A DNA stretch of 64,000 nt, taken from positions 82,522,001 to 82,586,000 of the forward strand of contig NC_043005.1 in the NCBI RefSeq assembly GCF_006345805.1. Reading direction: 5' to 3'. Below are positions 12,281 to 24,529 of this stretch, piece after piece. Source of the DNA: Octopus sinensis. Lineage: Eukaryota. Under the pieces are notes generated by a model that saw nothing but the letters and a program-made list of their open reading frames with translations, did not search any database and was not told the origin of the DNA. A program made the position numbers and the translations under genes. Position 1 is the stretch's first letter; every line of letters starts with the position of its first letter.

Positions 12281-13885
12281 TATATATAAATTATAACACA
12301 CATATATACACATATTCACTTCATAGATTTTTTAGACGCAACCACAGTGTATTATAGTATATAAGACAGATTTTTATAATTAAATTACTATTTGCGACGC
12401 TTCGCGTGCGTGAATTTTTAAACAAAATGAAAAAAGTATTCTATTCTGTTCTGACGCAGGAAGATTAGGGGAATACCGTGACATATTTTATGGCTTCTAG
12501 GTTACTCGGCAGAAAACAAACACTCCTTCTTCCTTTTGCATTTGATGAGAACTTCATAGTAGTCGCTATTTACGTCAGATAAAGTCTAGTAATTAGCTGA
12601 AACTTTGAAAACACTAATTTTAACATGCATAATTAGTATGCAACATGATTTTAAATATTTTTATGCTTATTAACCAGGTGTGTGAACAGTCGTTTTCCTC
12701 TGATGGGAAGCCAGTCAGACAAAGTATAAAAGTAATCAGAAAAATTATCCTTGCGTGAATATAATCATTGTGAACGGAATAAGGTGTATTCTCATCACTT
12801 TCCTTTCTATAGTAAAGGCTTAAGTACTGTAATTTAATTACATGCAATATATGCAATATATTTTTTGTCTACATGTATGTAGCAGGGAATTCCAAACTGG
12901 ACTTCGCTTCCACGGCTAAAACAATCAAGGAACTGGCGTTTTATATGTACCTATGACAGTCCTCTCCCACTCACTCTCTCGATATATATATTGTTAGGTA
13001 GGTAGGTAGGTAGGTAGGCCCACGTATTTCTTCGTCGAAACCGTCTCTTTAGTGGGTATAGAGTCCAATCATTTACGAAGCCCTTGTGGACTCTATACCC
13101 ACTAAAGACACGATGTATATGGAATCTTTTGGGCACACGTGTGAATGTGTGCATGTGTGCGGGTATATGCGTATATAGATGTGTGCGAGCATGCGAGTAC
13201 GTGCGTATATAGACATATTTTCCTGTATGTTGCCCTTAACCCTGTTTTTTCTTGTATATGTGCGGATATAGACGTATGTATAACCCTTTTTGCGCGTGCG
13301 TATATAGACGTGTGCGGGTACGTGCGTATATAGGCGTGTCCGTGTGCGTGCATAAGGGTATGTGCGTATATAGACGTGGTTTACTCTTTGTATGCTCCTT
13401 TATGATTTTTTTTCTGTATTGTTACCCTTAACCCTGTCTTTTCTTGTGCTTGTGCGTATATAGCCGCGTGTATGAACCTTTATGGTGCACGCGTGGGTGG
13501 GGGTTGTATGTATATACATATACATTTGGCGAAGGATGAGAGTGAGGATGTGTACGTTTTCAAGTGTGGGTGGATGAATGTATACCTTTAGGCGCACGCA
13601 CGTGGTGTGCAGGCGCACATGTGTAGGTATGATCACATTCGCTTACGCGAATAATATGGACTTTTTTACCCCCTTACTTTACTCCCTCCTCTTAATTAGC
13701 GGTCATTCGAATAGCTCTTGTCTGAATAACGGCCAACCACACAGTAATTTCCCTTTGTATAACGGTCATTTTTCATATTTTTCCGATGGCCAGGTAACTG
13801 AAGAGATGGCGGCGTCGATTTCCACCTCGGCATCCAAGGCTTGGAGTTTTATCATGGCTACCGAATAATTGTCACATATTACATT

Positions 13886-13888
13886 TAC

Positions 13889-13947
<59 letters not shown>

Positions 13948-13986
13948 CTCATATATATTATACATGCATGTGTGTGTATATATATA

Positions 13987-14027
<41 letters not shown>

Positions 14028-14064
14028 GTGTGTGCATATACTTATATATATTTTATATATATCT

Positions 14065-14129
<65 letters not shown>

Positions 14130-14197
14130 CATAAATATATAATATATACATATAACATATGTATATATTACATACCATTATATTTAATATATATATA
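13886..14197. repeat. Interrupted (TA)n microsatellite
   Basis: Directly visible. Confidence 0.95.
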
Positions 14198-15244
14198 CTA
14201 GCAGTATCGCCCGGCGTTGCTCGGGTTTGTTTCGACCCGCTGGAATTGTAATTTTGAAAAGTAAAAATTTTGTGAACATTTTTCTGGTCGAAATACACCG
14301 AAAAGTGGCGACACAGCAGTGAAAAAATCTTAAAAAATAGGGATTTTCATAGAAAAAAGCATCCTTTTGATGTAAATAATTTTTGGTGTTAACATGGTCC
14401 GATTTGAATTTTATGTTCTACGGAAGGAAGAGCAACCCTTCTTCTACCATACTCTCAATTTTGGTCAACTTGCGCCGCAGGGTCTCGGAGGAGATAGTGT
14501 TAGTTGAAGGTTACCATTCTAGGTGCCTGAGTAACAACCTCGCGGATTTACAGATAAATGAATTAATTACTATTTTACAGAATAAAATTAAATAATTCTT
14601 GAAAATTAATTAATATTAATATTTTTTGAACAAAGTAAATAATTTTTAAAACTTAAATAATAATTTTTTTTACACAAACGCGAACGGGGAAAAGGGGGTG
14701 GCGAATTCGATTTACATACCTAAATTTTTTCTTTTTCATGACATTGAAGCAAAATAGTAGTGAATTATATAAATACCAGCAGTACATTTTTTTTTCTGGG
14801 GTATTTTTTTTCAACAAAGTCTTAATTAAGCAATTACGGCAGCTTAGCAATGGTTTCAATACAGGCGTGACATGTGTATCTCAATTGTTCAAAACCCTTC
14901 GAATTTTTTCGCACGTGATGATATCATAGTGAAAATTTTCAATTACGCGCGCTTAGAAGTACGCTCGCAAATTAATACTACCAAAATTTTGAAGTTCGCG
15001 CTCCGCTTGTGTGTGCGTGCTTTAGGTGTACGTAGGTATGTGTATTTGTGTGTGTGTGTCACTGAAGCCATACATACATATATACATACATAACCTCTCT
15101 CTCTCTTTTCTCTCTCAGTCACTCACTACAAAAAGTGAATAAAAAAAGTTCAGTTATTTCTGTCTTTCACTCTGTCTGTCTCTTTACACACGCTAACAAA
15201 AGCACTTCACTTACACACCACACTTTCTGTGTCGCACAACCCAT

Positions 15245-15281
<37 letters not shown>

Positions 15282-15828
15282 GCACGCACACATGTACATC
15301 AATGCTTTCGGAGTGAAATGTTAAAATATTGAGTTTTCTCGAATTTTGTCTTAATTGGGGGTGAAATTGAAAGAAATATATTATGGCATGACCGAATGGA
15401 GTACTTTGAAAAATCTTAGGTAAACTCTAATTGAAGAAATTGTGTGAGGAGTAAATCGTTATGTATTTATTTGTTTCTGTTTGCTGTGTTTTTTTATTTT
15501 TTGAGTAGTGGTTTAAATACTTTCAGTTTAGTCTTCCTCAAATCACTCTGTCGCTATTTACTTTCATTTTATTCGTTGCACACTGTGTGTGTGCGTGTGC
15601 GTGTGGTGTAAACCACATTAAGAAAAGCATTTGACATACACACCAGAATGTGAGTTTTCTGTAAATTTTGCTTAATTGGAGTTTAAATTTTAAAAACTGG
15701 ACCTGGCATGACCCGATGCATTCTACTCTTACAAATGCTAGGTAAATTGTAATTGAAGAAATCCTATATTGTAGATTTCTATAAGTTACAAAGGGAGGCA
15801 GATAAGATCTGCCTTTTATAATAAGAGA
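14198..15828 (-). mobile_element. Non-autonomous Helitron (1.63 kb)
   Basis: Minus-strand 5' end A|TCTCTTATTATAAAAGGC at 15828; 3' hairpin CCCGAGCAACGCCGGG and CTAG|T at 14198-14201; no ORF. Confidence 0.8.
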
Positions 15829-15889
15829 TATTCATATATTATATACATATATATTATATATAAATTTTATACATATATATTTTATTCTC

Positions 15890-16045
15890 TCTCTGTTCAT
15901 TTCCCTGTGTTCCTTTCTGTTGAACAGCGTATGTTCGAAACATAAAAGACTCTCTCACTTTCCCGAGCGTCAAACTAATACACCTTCTTGTTGTTTATAC
16001 ACCTGTCATTGCCTTTTTGTCTTTCGGTAAATTTTAATGTAATAT
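15890..16045 (+). mobile_element. Penelope-like terminal-repeat remnant with degenerate hammerhead-like core
   Basis: CTTT-CTGTTGA..GAAACATA-AAAG arrangement; similar to 19495-19700. Confidence 0.45.
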
Positions 16046-16127
16046 ATGCGTGTGTGTGTGTGTGTTTTTCTAGTTTCAGCTCGGATCTTTGGCCATGCTG
16101 ATGCACCGCCGTTTTGCTACATTGTTA

Positions 16128-16300
16128 TTACTAAGAGCTTCCTCCAATAAGTAGCACTTGGTGAAGCATGGAGTTTGATAGAGCTACCCTCATTTGCACC
16201 TCTTGCCGTGGGGTAGGTTCATCTACTTTGTGCAAGTTCCTCAGACTCTTTTGGAGAATATTAAAAAACTGCGGGCCCTTGAAACCCAGGCTGTTGTATG
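16128..16300 (-). mobile_element. CR1-type LINE 3' fragment
   Basis: NSLGFKGPQFFNIL..SLRN..VDEP..RVALSNS matches the CR1 ORF2 C-terminal pattern seen in other copies here. Confidence 0.65.
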
Positions 16301-16330
16301 TATATATAAATACACATAGAAAATAAATGA

Positions 16331-16625
<295 letters not shown>

Positions 16626-16997
16626 TGCCATGTTTTGAGAATATATCAATCATTTTATTTTGCACCTTCTTGGAAAATTGTAGAATTATGAAGCCTTTAT
16701 ACAAATCGCTTGTTACATAATCTAGTGCTCCTATGATGATACTTAAAAGTGAAAATACATAAACCGGAATAAAAGATCTGTGTTTCCTCTATTCTGCATA
16801 AATTTTCCCACCTATCGCGGATTCTAAACGAGATACTCTCATCCACTGGACTGCTGATCTGAACAACGGCGTATAACGTTTATTCCCAGCCCCATAAATT
16901 ATTTCTGCTCCCTTTCCAATATATATGTGTGTGAATGTATGTGAGAGAGAGACAGAGAGAGAGAGTGTATGTGTGCGTGTATGAGTGTGTGTGTTTG

Positions 16998-17034
<37 letters not shown>

Positions 17035-17389
17035 ATGTGTGTGTGTGCATGCTGTTTGTATGTATAAATATAGGATTATGAGAGTAAAAGTTAATATCAT
17101 AACACGAATCGAAGTGTACCTAGAGTCTAAGTTATGGACCTATATAAAACCTTCAATGCCAGGTAGCATATATAAGAAAATTCCCAGAAATCTCTTTGCG
17201 TGTGAAGAGGAATATTCTGTGAATTTATGACCTGTGTGCATCGGCGAGATGATACTTTAATCTTCCATCAACGGTAACAAGTCCGGGAATTCGGATAGAA
17301 ATTACTCATCTCAGTTTTATCTTACATAAAATAAGAAACCATGGAATCCATCGGAGGAAAATATATTGAACTTGAGATATCGTAGTATG

Positions 17390-17492
17390 TATGTGTGTAT
17401 GTAATCTATATATGCATGTATGTATGTATGTATGTATATATGTGTGTATGTAGGATGGATGCATGTACATATAAATGTATGTATGTAGATAG

Positions 17493-17537
<45 letters not shown>

Positions 17538-17641
17538 AGCAAAGATAGACAGACAGACAGACAAATAGATAGATAGATATAGATATATATAGATAGAAAG
17601 ATAGATAGATTTAGATATAGATAGATAGATTTAGATAGATG

Positions 17642-17712
<71 letters not shown>
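17390..17712. repeat. (TATG)n/(GATA)n/(GA)n compound array
   Basis: Directly visible. Confidence 0.95.
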
Positions 17713-17713
<1 letters not shown>

Positions 17714-18489
17714 TGCAGACATATTCATAGCATTGTACCAAGTACCTGTGGCTGCCGCAGCATGACCGCAGCAAATGCCTGAAGTCAGTTAAAGAATATA
17801 AAAGAAGATACACGTAATCTTTTGAAACAGAAAAATACTTGTAGAAATATAAAAATGCTCAGAAAACGGTAAAGTATTTTTTAACAAATTTTTCTCCTGC
17901 AAGGATGCAAATGCAACGTTTCGCACACACACACGTATATACACTGAGGCACAAACACACAGATACACACAAACATATGTATATATGATAACACACACGC
18001 ACACACTCACTGTAAGCGCACAATCCACATTCTTGTAAATAGGTGTCACTTGACTTACATTGAAATGATACATTCGTAAAGTATATGCGAACGATAAATA
18101 CTTCAGCTTCGCTTACTAAAAATACACCGACACGATTCGGTTAAGTGCAAGGTTTCCCATTTACAACATTTATATATAGAAGGAAAGGAATTATACCGAC
18201 ATATTTCAGCGATGTGTGTACAGGGAATCCTTCATCCTGCCTATGATTCAATGCTCTGTGTGCATGTGTGTGTGTGTGTGTTGAAATATATATATATACA
18301 TGTATGCGTATATGTGTGTGAATGTATGTATATATGTATATACATACGCACATATACATATGTAATGTGTGTGTGTATGTATGTATATATGTATTACATG
18401 CACACATATACATATGTAATGTGTGTATGTGTGTGTTTGCTGATCGAAATTTCGAAATCACTGTCAACAACGTTCCTGTTTAAGAATAA

Positions 18490-18594
18490 TATATATACCA
18501 CACACACACACACACACACATACACACACATATATATATATGCATATATTTATATATATATATATATATATATATGCATATATTTATATATATA

Positions 18595-18639
<45 letters not shown>

Positions 18640-18695
18640 TATATATTCATATATATATATGCATATATATTTATATATATATATATATGCATATA

Positions 18696-18741
<46 letters not shown>

Positions 18742-19181
18742 TATATATATATATTATATATATATATATATGCATATATATTTATATATATATATGTATA
18801 TAAATATAGGTGTATATGTACATATATAAATATATATTCACAAATATATTTATATATATGTAAATATATATGTGTGGTGTGTGTGTGTATAAGCGCGCAC
18901 AGAAACGACATGTACACACGCAAGCACTTAAGGGCACTAACACACACACACGCACAGCACACGCACATGCATACATACACATACGTGCACGCGCGCAGAA
19001 GCTGAGTGTGTTGGGCAGAGTATGGCTGAGCAGCAATTCTCGAGCGTTCGGTTACAATGCACCGTATGATAACCGAACAGCGGAAGTGAGCTAGAACGTT
19101 AAAGCTTAATGCGCATGCACAGCAGAGTTCAAGGTAAATAATGTGGGTATACATATATATATATGTGTGTGTGTATGTGTA

Positions 19182-19222
<41 letters not shown>

Positions 19223-19348
19223 GTATATATGTATATATATATATACACATATGTATATGTATATATGTATATATATATATATACACATATGTATATATTT
19301 ATATATATACATATATGCATATGTATATATTTATATATATATACACAT

Positions 19349-19379
<31 letters not shown>

Positions 19380-19495
19380 CATTTGTATATGTGTGTATGT
19401 ATTACATATATACAAACACAAACACACATTACATATGTATATACATATGTATATGTATGTACGTAATACATATATACATACACATATGTTCAATA
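18490..19495. repeat. Long interrupted (TA)n/(CA)n low-complexity tract with a short unique island at about 19000-19137
   Basis: Directly visible; source of many spurious YIYI ORFs. Confidence 0.9.
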
Positions 19496-19700
19496 TGTGA
19501 CCGCGTTTCTATCGTTGGCGATTTTTTTTTGTCCCTCCGTCTTCCCTTCCTTGGACCTTTCCTTTTTCTATGTTTCTGACGAAGAGCTCCGCTCGAAACG
19601 TTAATTCCTCCTTCTCTCTTTCATTTCCTGAGCGTCCAATAACGCTATACTTGTTCCACGTCCTCGCATTTTTGTGCTTTCTCTTTGTGTTTTCATGTTT
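19495..19700 (+). mobile_element. Penelope-like terminal-repeat remnant containing a hammerhead-like core
   Basis: CTGACGA-A-GAGC-TCC-GCTC-GAAA-CGTT at 19576-19602. Confidence 0.5.
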
Positions 19701-19719
19701 GGATTATATATATATATAT

Positions 19720-20090
19720 TGGGATTGGAAGCACTCCGTCGGTTACGACGACGAGGGTTCCGGTTGATCCGAATCAACGGAACAGCCTGCTCGTGAAATT
19801 AACGTGTAAGTGGCTGAGCACTCCACAGACACGTGTACCCTTAACGTAGTTCTCGGGGATATTCAGCGTGACACAGAGTGACAAGGCCGGCCCTTTGAAG
19901 TACAGGTACAACAGAAACAGGAAGTAAGAGTGAGAGAAAGTTGTGGTGAAAGAGTACAGCAGGGATCACCACCATCCCCTGCCGGAGCTTCGTGGAGCTT
20001 TAGGTGTTTTCGCTCAATAAACACTCACAACGCCCGGTCTGGGAATCGAAACTGCGATCCTATGACCGCGAGTCCGCTGCCCTAACCACT
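19720..20090 (-). mobile_element. tRNA-derived SINE, family B head with a different 3' half
   Basis: Head and body match 9190-9484 over about 170 bp; the 3' part diverges. Confidence 0.8.
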
Positions 20091-20104
20091 TTATATATAT
20101 ATAT

Positions 20105-21119
20105 AAACTTAGATATGTTCCCAACAAAGATTAGCACCACCTGATAGGATTATCGAAGTCCTGTTTAAGTCAAGTTTTGTTTATGGTCCATTCAAGTAGT
20201 GAGTTCTTGTTGGGTGAGTTGTAATTATGGGTGGCTTATCCGGTATTCCTTGAAGAAATCTAGCTCCGTTTAAAGTAGATGGGATTCTTTTTCCTCTTTG
20301 ATCTCTTTCGGTGACAATGTTAAACAGGGCAGGGCCTGTTGAGGAAAAGACATTATGTCGCAGTGTACCTATATGATGTGATCCTGAATTGGGCAGGGGA
20401 CGTATGACCCATGGTCCCAGTCTTGGATGAACCTTGAAGCAAATGTTCAGGTCGTTTGAGCAAAGTTGGCGGTATATTCTCCCCATCGTACAAATGATGT
20501 ACCGCTCGCGGCGGCGCTGGTGAGAGTAGTGTTTCAAGGCTTTAAGGCGGTCCCAATAATCGAGATCAACCATGCCTTCAATTCGTTTAGTGAGTGCTCT
20601 CTGGGGTGATTCAATCCTCGAGATGTTTTGTCTTGTATGGGGAGACCACAGTGGGCAGCAGTATTCGAGGTGTGGCCGTACAAAGGAGGAGAAAAGTGGA
20701 ACGATGACACCTTGTTGTCTGGACCGGAAGGTTCTTAAGATCCAGGAGCTCATGCTACAAGCTATATCGACCTTATTGTTGATGTGGGCACTCCAACTGA
20801 GATCGTCATCAACAATTACGCCCAGGTCTCTGATATTGTTAGAGGCTGTGAGCGGTTCCACTGAAGGAAGAGAGTATGGCTGTTTTAGTGTGGTATTTCT
20901 TCCAAAATGCATCAGCTCAAATTTTCCCTCGTTCAGTTTCATTTTGTTTCTGTCTGCCCATTGACTCACTGCATATAGAACAGACTGGAGTTGAGTTCGG
21001 TCTTCTTCTTCATTGATGATTTGCTGGAGCTTAGTGTTATCACCAAAAATTTTCACTTTGCAGTAATGTACGACACTGGAAAGGTCGTTTATGTAAATTA
21101 TAAAGAGAAGCGGGCCCAA
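20105..21119 (-). mobile_element. CR1-clade LINE, 5'-truncated RT C-terminal fragment
   Basis: ORF 20181-21119 has GPLLFIIYINDL, FGDNTKL (degenerate FADD), VRPHLEYCCPLWSP and QRRRERY. Confidence 0.93.
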
Positions 21120-21774
21120 GACATATGTGTATATATATGTATATATGAATAGAATAGTTTCCTACACGATTCACGTGCGAGGCATTGGTCAGCAGAATAC
21201 ACTTACATAGGATGCCAAGCAGTGCAACTCAACACGCGAGCACTTGGTTTCACAACCAAGTTTCATAACTACACAAATAAGCTGTCGCTTATTATCAACG
21301 TTTTGTGACAAAAATATTTTGATAAACAAGATACGACGAAATAAATGCAAATCGGATTAGTATACTTAGTTCAGGTAAATATTGGTAGCCGACAAAAAGA
21401 CGAGAAAATATTGTGACTAAATGAAATACAGAAAGATGATGGTTATTGAATGAGCTCAAAGCTCAGACATTAACGCCAATACAAAGCGCCAACAGAATGA
21501 TAATCGACAGAATATTATTAAGTCTAGACAAGATTTATTTATTGAATGAACGGATGCCATTACAAAATCGTTGAAAATCTATCTATATCAAACAGCAGAA
21601 AAAAATGACAAAGTGGTTATATTTTTTTAAGTAGACTAGGAAAATCATTGCCTCCTTTTTAAAACGAAATATAATTCTAAGACTATCTATCAGTACAGAC
21701 ATACATAAGTATGTATTATGTATGCATATATACGTATATGTATATAAGTGTATACATATATATGTATATATGCT

Positions 21775-22385
21775 TTTGCCCGACCCCACCTTGAATACTG
21801 CTGTCCACTGTGGTCCCCCCATACGAAGCAACACATTGTGAAAGTAGAAGCACTCCAGAGGTCAATAACAAGAAAGATAGACGGCATGAGAGGCATTGAT
21901 TATTGAAGTCGACTAAAAAAAACTCAATCTCTACTCTTTCCAACGTCGCCGGGAGCGCTACATCCTTTGTGTTATGAGGAAAATATTCCATCAATATTTT
22001 ATAAATGATGTTGGCATCCATTTTAAAATCTTTCCAAGACTTGGCCCCCGTGCTATCCGCCAACTACAAAAATCGAACTCGGTGCACATATCAACATTAC
22101 GTCACAATTACTTTACTTCAATTGGTCCAGCTCTCTTTAATAAGTCGAAATACGTCAAAACAGAAACGGATCCCATAAAATTCAAGTGTTTACTGGACAA
22201 ATTTCTTCAAAAATTCCTGGACCAACCTCCTACACCTGGATATGTCTCCAACAATAATAACTTTTTGCTAGAGTGGGCCATGGTACCCCATATGTGACTA
22301 AAAGAGTTCGCCTTGTGGTGCTATTAAGTTAGACATGAACTGGGCCTATACTGGCCGAAATCTAACAAAGTTATCAAAGTTTTAT
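21775..22385 (+). mobile_element. CR1-clade LINE 3' fragment
   Basis: RPHLEYCCPLWSP..FKIFPRLGPRAIR..GPALFN..DQPPTPGY; 3' UTR GGTGCTATTAAGTTAGACATG shared with the 42638 copy. Confidence 0.9.
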
Positions 22386-22392
22386 CGATATA

Positions 22393-22985
22393 TATTAGGT
22401 TGGCAACTAAGTTCCCGCCGTCTTTGTTTTAATTTAAACTTTTTAAAAGGATTAAATTAATTAATAATGCATTTACCCTTGTTTACAACTTCTTCCCAAA
22501 CTTCTACAAGATTTTCAATACCCCGTCCGTAGAAATCACCCGATTTCGGCACGAAAAATTGATCCAAGCAAGCTCTCAATTCTGCATCAGTATTGAATGA
22601 AACTCCACGCATAACAATGAAAGAAATTGAATAAGACGGAAATCCATCGGTATCAAATCAGGAGAGTACAGTGGATGTAGCAGCAATTTCCAAACATGCG
22701 TTTGAATGACTTCCATGGTCATACTGGCGATATGTGGGCGGGCGTTGTCGTGCAGCAGAACTCCATGCTGCCGATTAAGTCTTTTCTCTTGAATAGCCGT
22801 GTTGAATGGTTCCATCTGTTGAACATAGAGTTCTGCGTTGACCGTTTGGTTCCGTTCAAGCAATTCGTAATGGATAATCCCTTCCCAGTCCCACCATACG
22901 CACAACATCGTTTTACGCGGATGAAGATCTTGTTTCACGCGCGGTGTCGCTTATTTACCGGGCTAAGCCATTCCTTACGCTGCTT
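22393..22985 (-). mobile_element. Mariner transposon, 5'-truncated (DD34D catalytic region)
   Basis: TIR TATTAGGTTGGCAAC at 22393; ORF has LHPRKTMLCVWWD..GIIHYELL..LLHDNARPH..HPLYSPDL. Confidence 0.93.
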
Positions 22986-22989
22986 CATA

Positions 22990-23260
22990 TTGATGTACAG
23001 GCACCATTTTTCGTGGCTGAATATATAATGGCCTTGATAATACAGGCTCCATTTAGTCGGCACAAGTCTTTATCCCTGCAGGAATAGCTGGCTTCGTGTT
23101 TTTGTGTTGTATTGCGCGTAATTACGCTTTTAAAGTTGGGAGTGGAACTAAAGCTAATGTTTAGGTTATGCCTATTAAAGAGTTTACTATATTTGTGATG
23201 TAATGGAAAATATCCATCTATAAGTGACAAGAAATATTTGCCTACATTAAAGGTCATTGC
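22990..23260 (-). mobile_element. Penelope-like element fragment (RT C-terminus/linker to GIY-YIG)
   Basis: NVGKYFLSLIDGYFP.HHKYSKLFNRHNLNISFSSTPN..SCR.K..C.LNGAC..KAIIY pattern. Confidence 0.8.
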
Positions 23261-23654
23261 GGAGGAGTAAAGTGATGTGAACTAGATAATTTTCCTGTGT
23301 CTCTTTCCTTTCCTTTCCTTTATTTCTGATATATATATATATACCAGGCTCCCACGCACTTTACATCCAGTTCAGCAAATTCACTAACAATGCATTGATC
23401 GGCCAAGAGCCATACTAGAATTCACTTGAGATATGAGTTGTAGCGTAAGAGTTGAATCAGAACCACTTCATTGTAAATTGGTGACTTCTATACCTGCTAT
23501 GATTCTCTTTTAATGAGAAATTCCCGCTATAATTAAGGAATTGATATTTAAACTCAGAATTCACTGGCCGTCGATGTACGTGTTTCATTATATTATAACA
23601 TCCGCTATTGATATATATAATAATGTGAATGTAGTGCACTGGTAGTTCGACACT

Positions 23655-23985
23655 GTCTTTGAAGTCTTCGGTGTCAATAAAATAAACATTATTTAAGCAC
23701 TGGGGTCGATGTAATCAATTTCTTTGTTAAAGTTGCTGGAATCTTCCCTAAATTTGAGACTAATATAAGTCGGCGAGCTGGTAGAATCGTTATCGGGTTG
23801 GACAAAATGCTTTAACACAATTTTCCAATTCTAACTTCTGAGTTCAAATACTGCCGAGAACAACTTTGCCTTTCATGCTCACACTTTCGATAAAATAAGA
23901 AACCAGTCAAAACCCGAGGTTAGTGCATTCGCCTAAGACTACTGCACATGTGCCAAATTTTGAAACCATTATGTACTACAATATT
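23655..23985 (+). mobile_element. Degraded tRNA-derived SINE family C copies
   Basis: GGCGAGCTGGTAGAATCGTTA head and TTCTGAGTTCAAAT..TTTGCCTTTCAT..GATAAAATAAG body. Confidence 0.65.
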
Positions 23986-24529
23986 GTAATTATTTGGCAA
24001 ATATTTTCATCTGCAAATAGGTGGCCTTAAGCCAACGTGATAAATTATTATCAAATATTCGAATGTTGACACAGTGATATATATTATTTGTTTTCTTTTC
24101 TAGATATTATTAATTTACTTTCATTTAATATTCTATCTGTTAATAATAACTATAAGTTATAGAAACAGAAAATTATTCAGGTGTCAAACGCCCGTTTGAC
24201 TGATGCCTGTAAGGATACGGAGTCATGTCTAAGTCAAATCGATATTATAATTGTATATCATCAATACATTACAGTGTTGCCTATCCCATGACAGGTAACT
24301 TTGGAAGTGTACTTTTGCTTATATAGGTTATATAAGGAAATATGAGCATAAGTACAATAATCATAAAGTAATTTTTATTGATGCATAATGAATGCTAATT
24401 TTTAAAAGAAAAATATCTGTTACGTTACAATGAATTTCAATGAAACAAAAGACGTGCATGATAAGGAAATGCATAGCAGCAGTTTAGGAGATTGTTTAGC
24501 CAGTTTATCGTTGAGTTACTCAAATAAGG

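Noticed and set aside
13578-13868. ORF with a signal-peptide-like start (MDFFTPLLYSLLLISGHS) and a CAG|GTAACT donor
   Set aside because: The DNA carries recurring TA(A/G)CGG(C/T)CA motifs resembling subterminal repeats of pogo/Tc1-type transposon ends; no recognisable protein family, so more likely a TE remnant
21420-21530. Minus-strand NNILSIIILLAL hydrophobic stretch
   Set aside because: The frame closes within about 20 codons and has no donor; insufficient evidence for an exon
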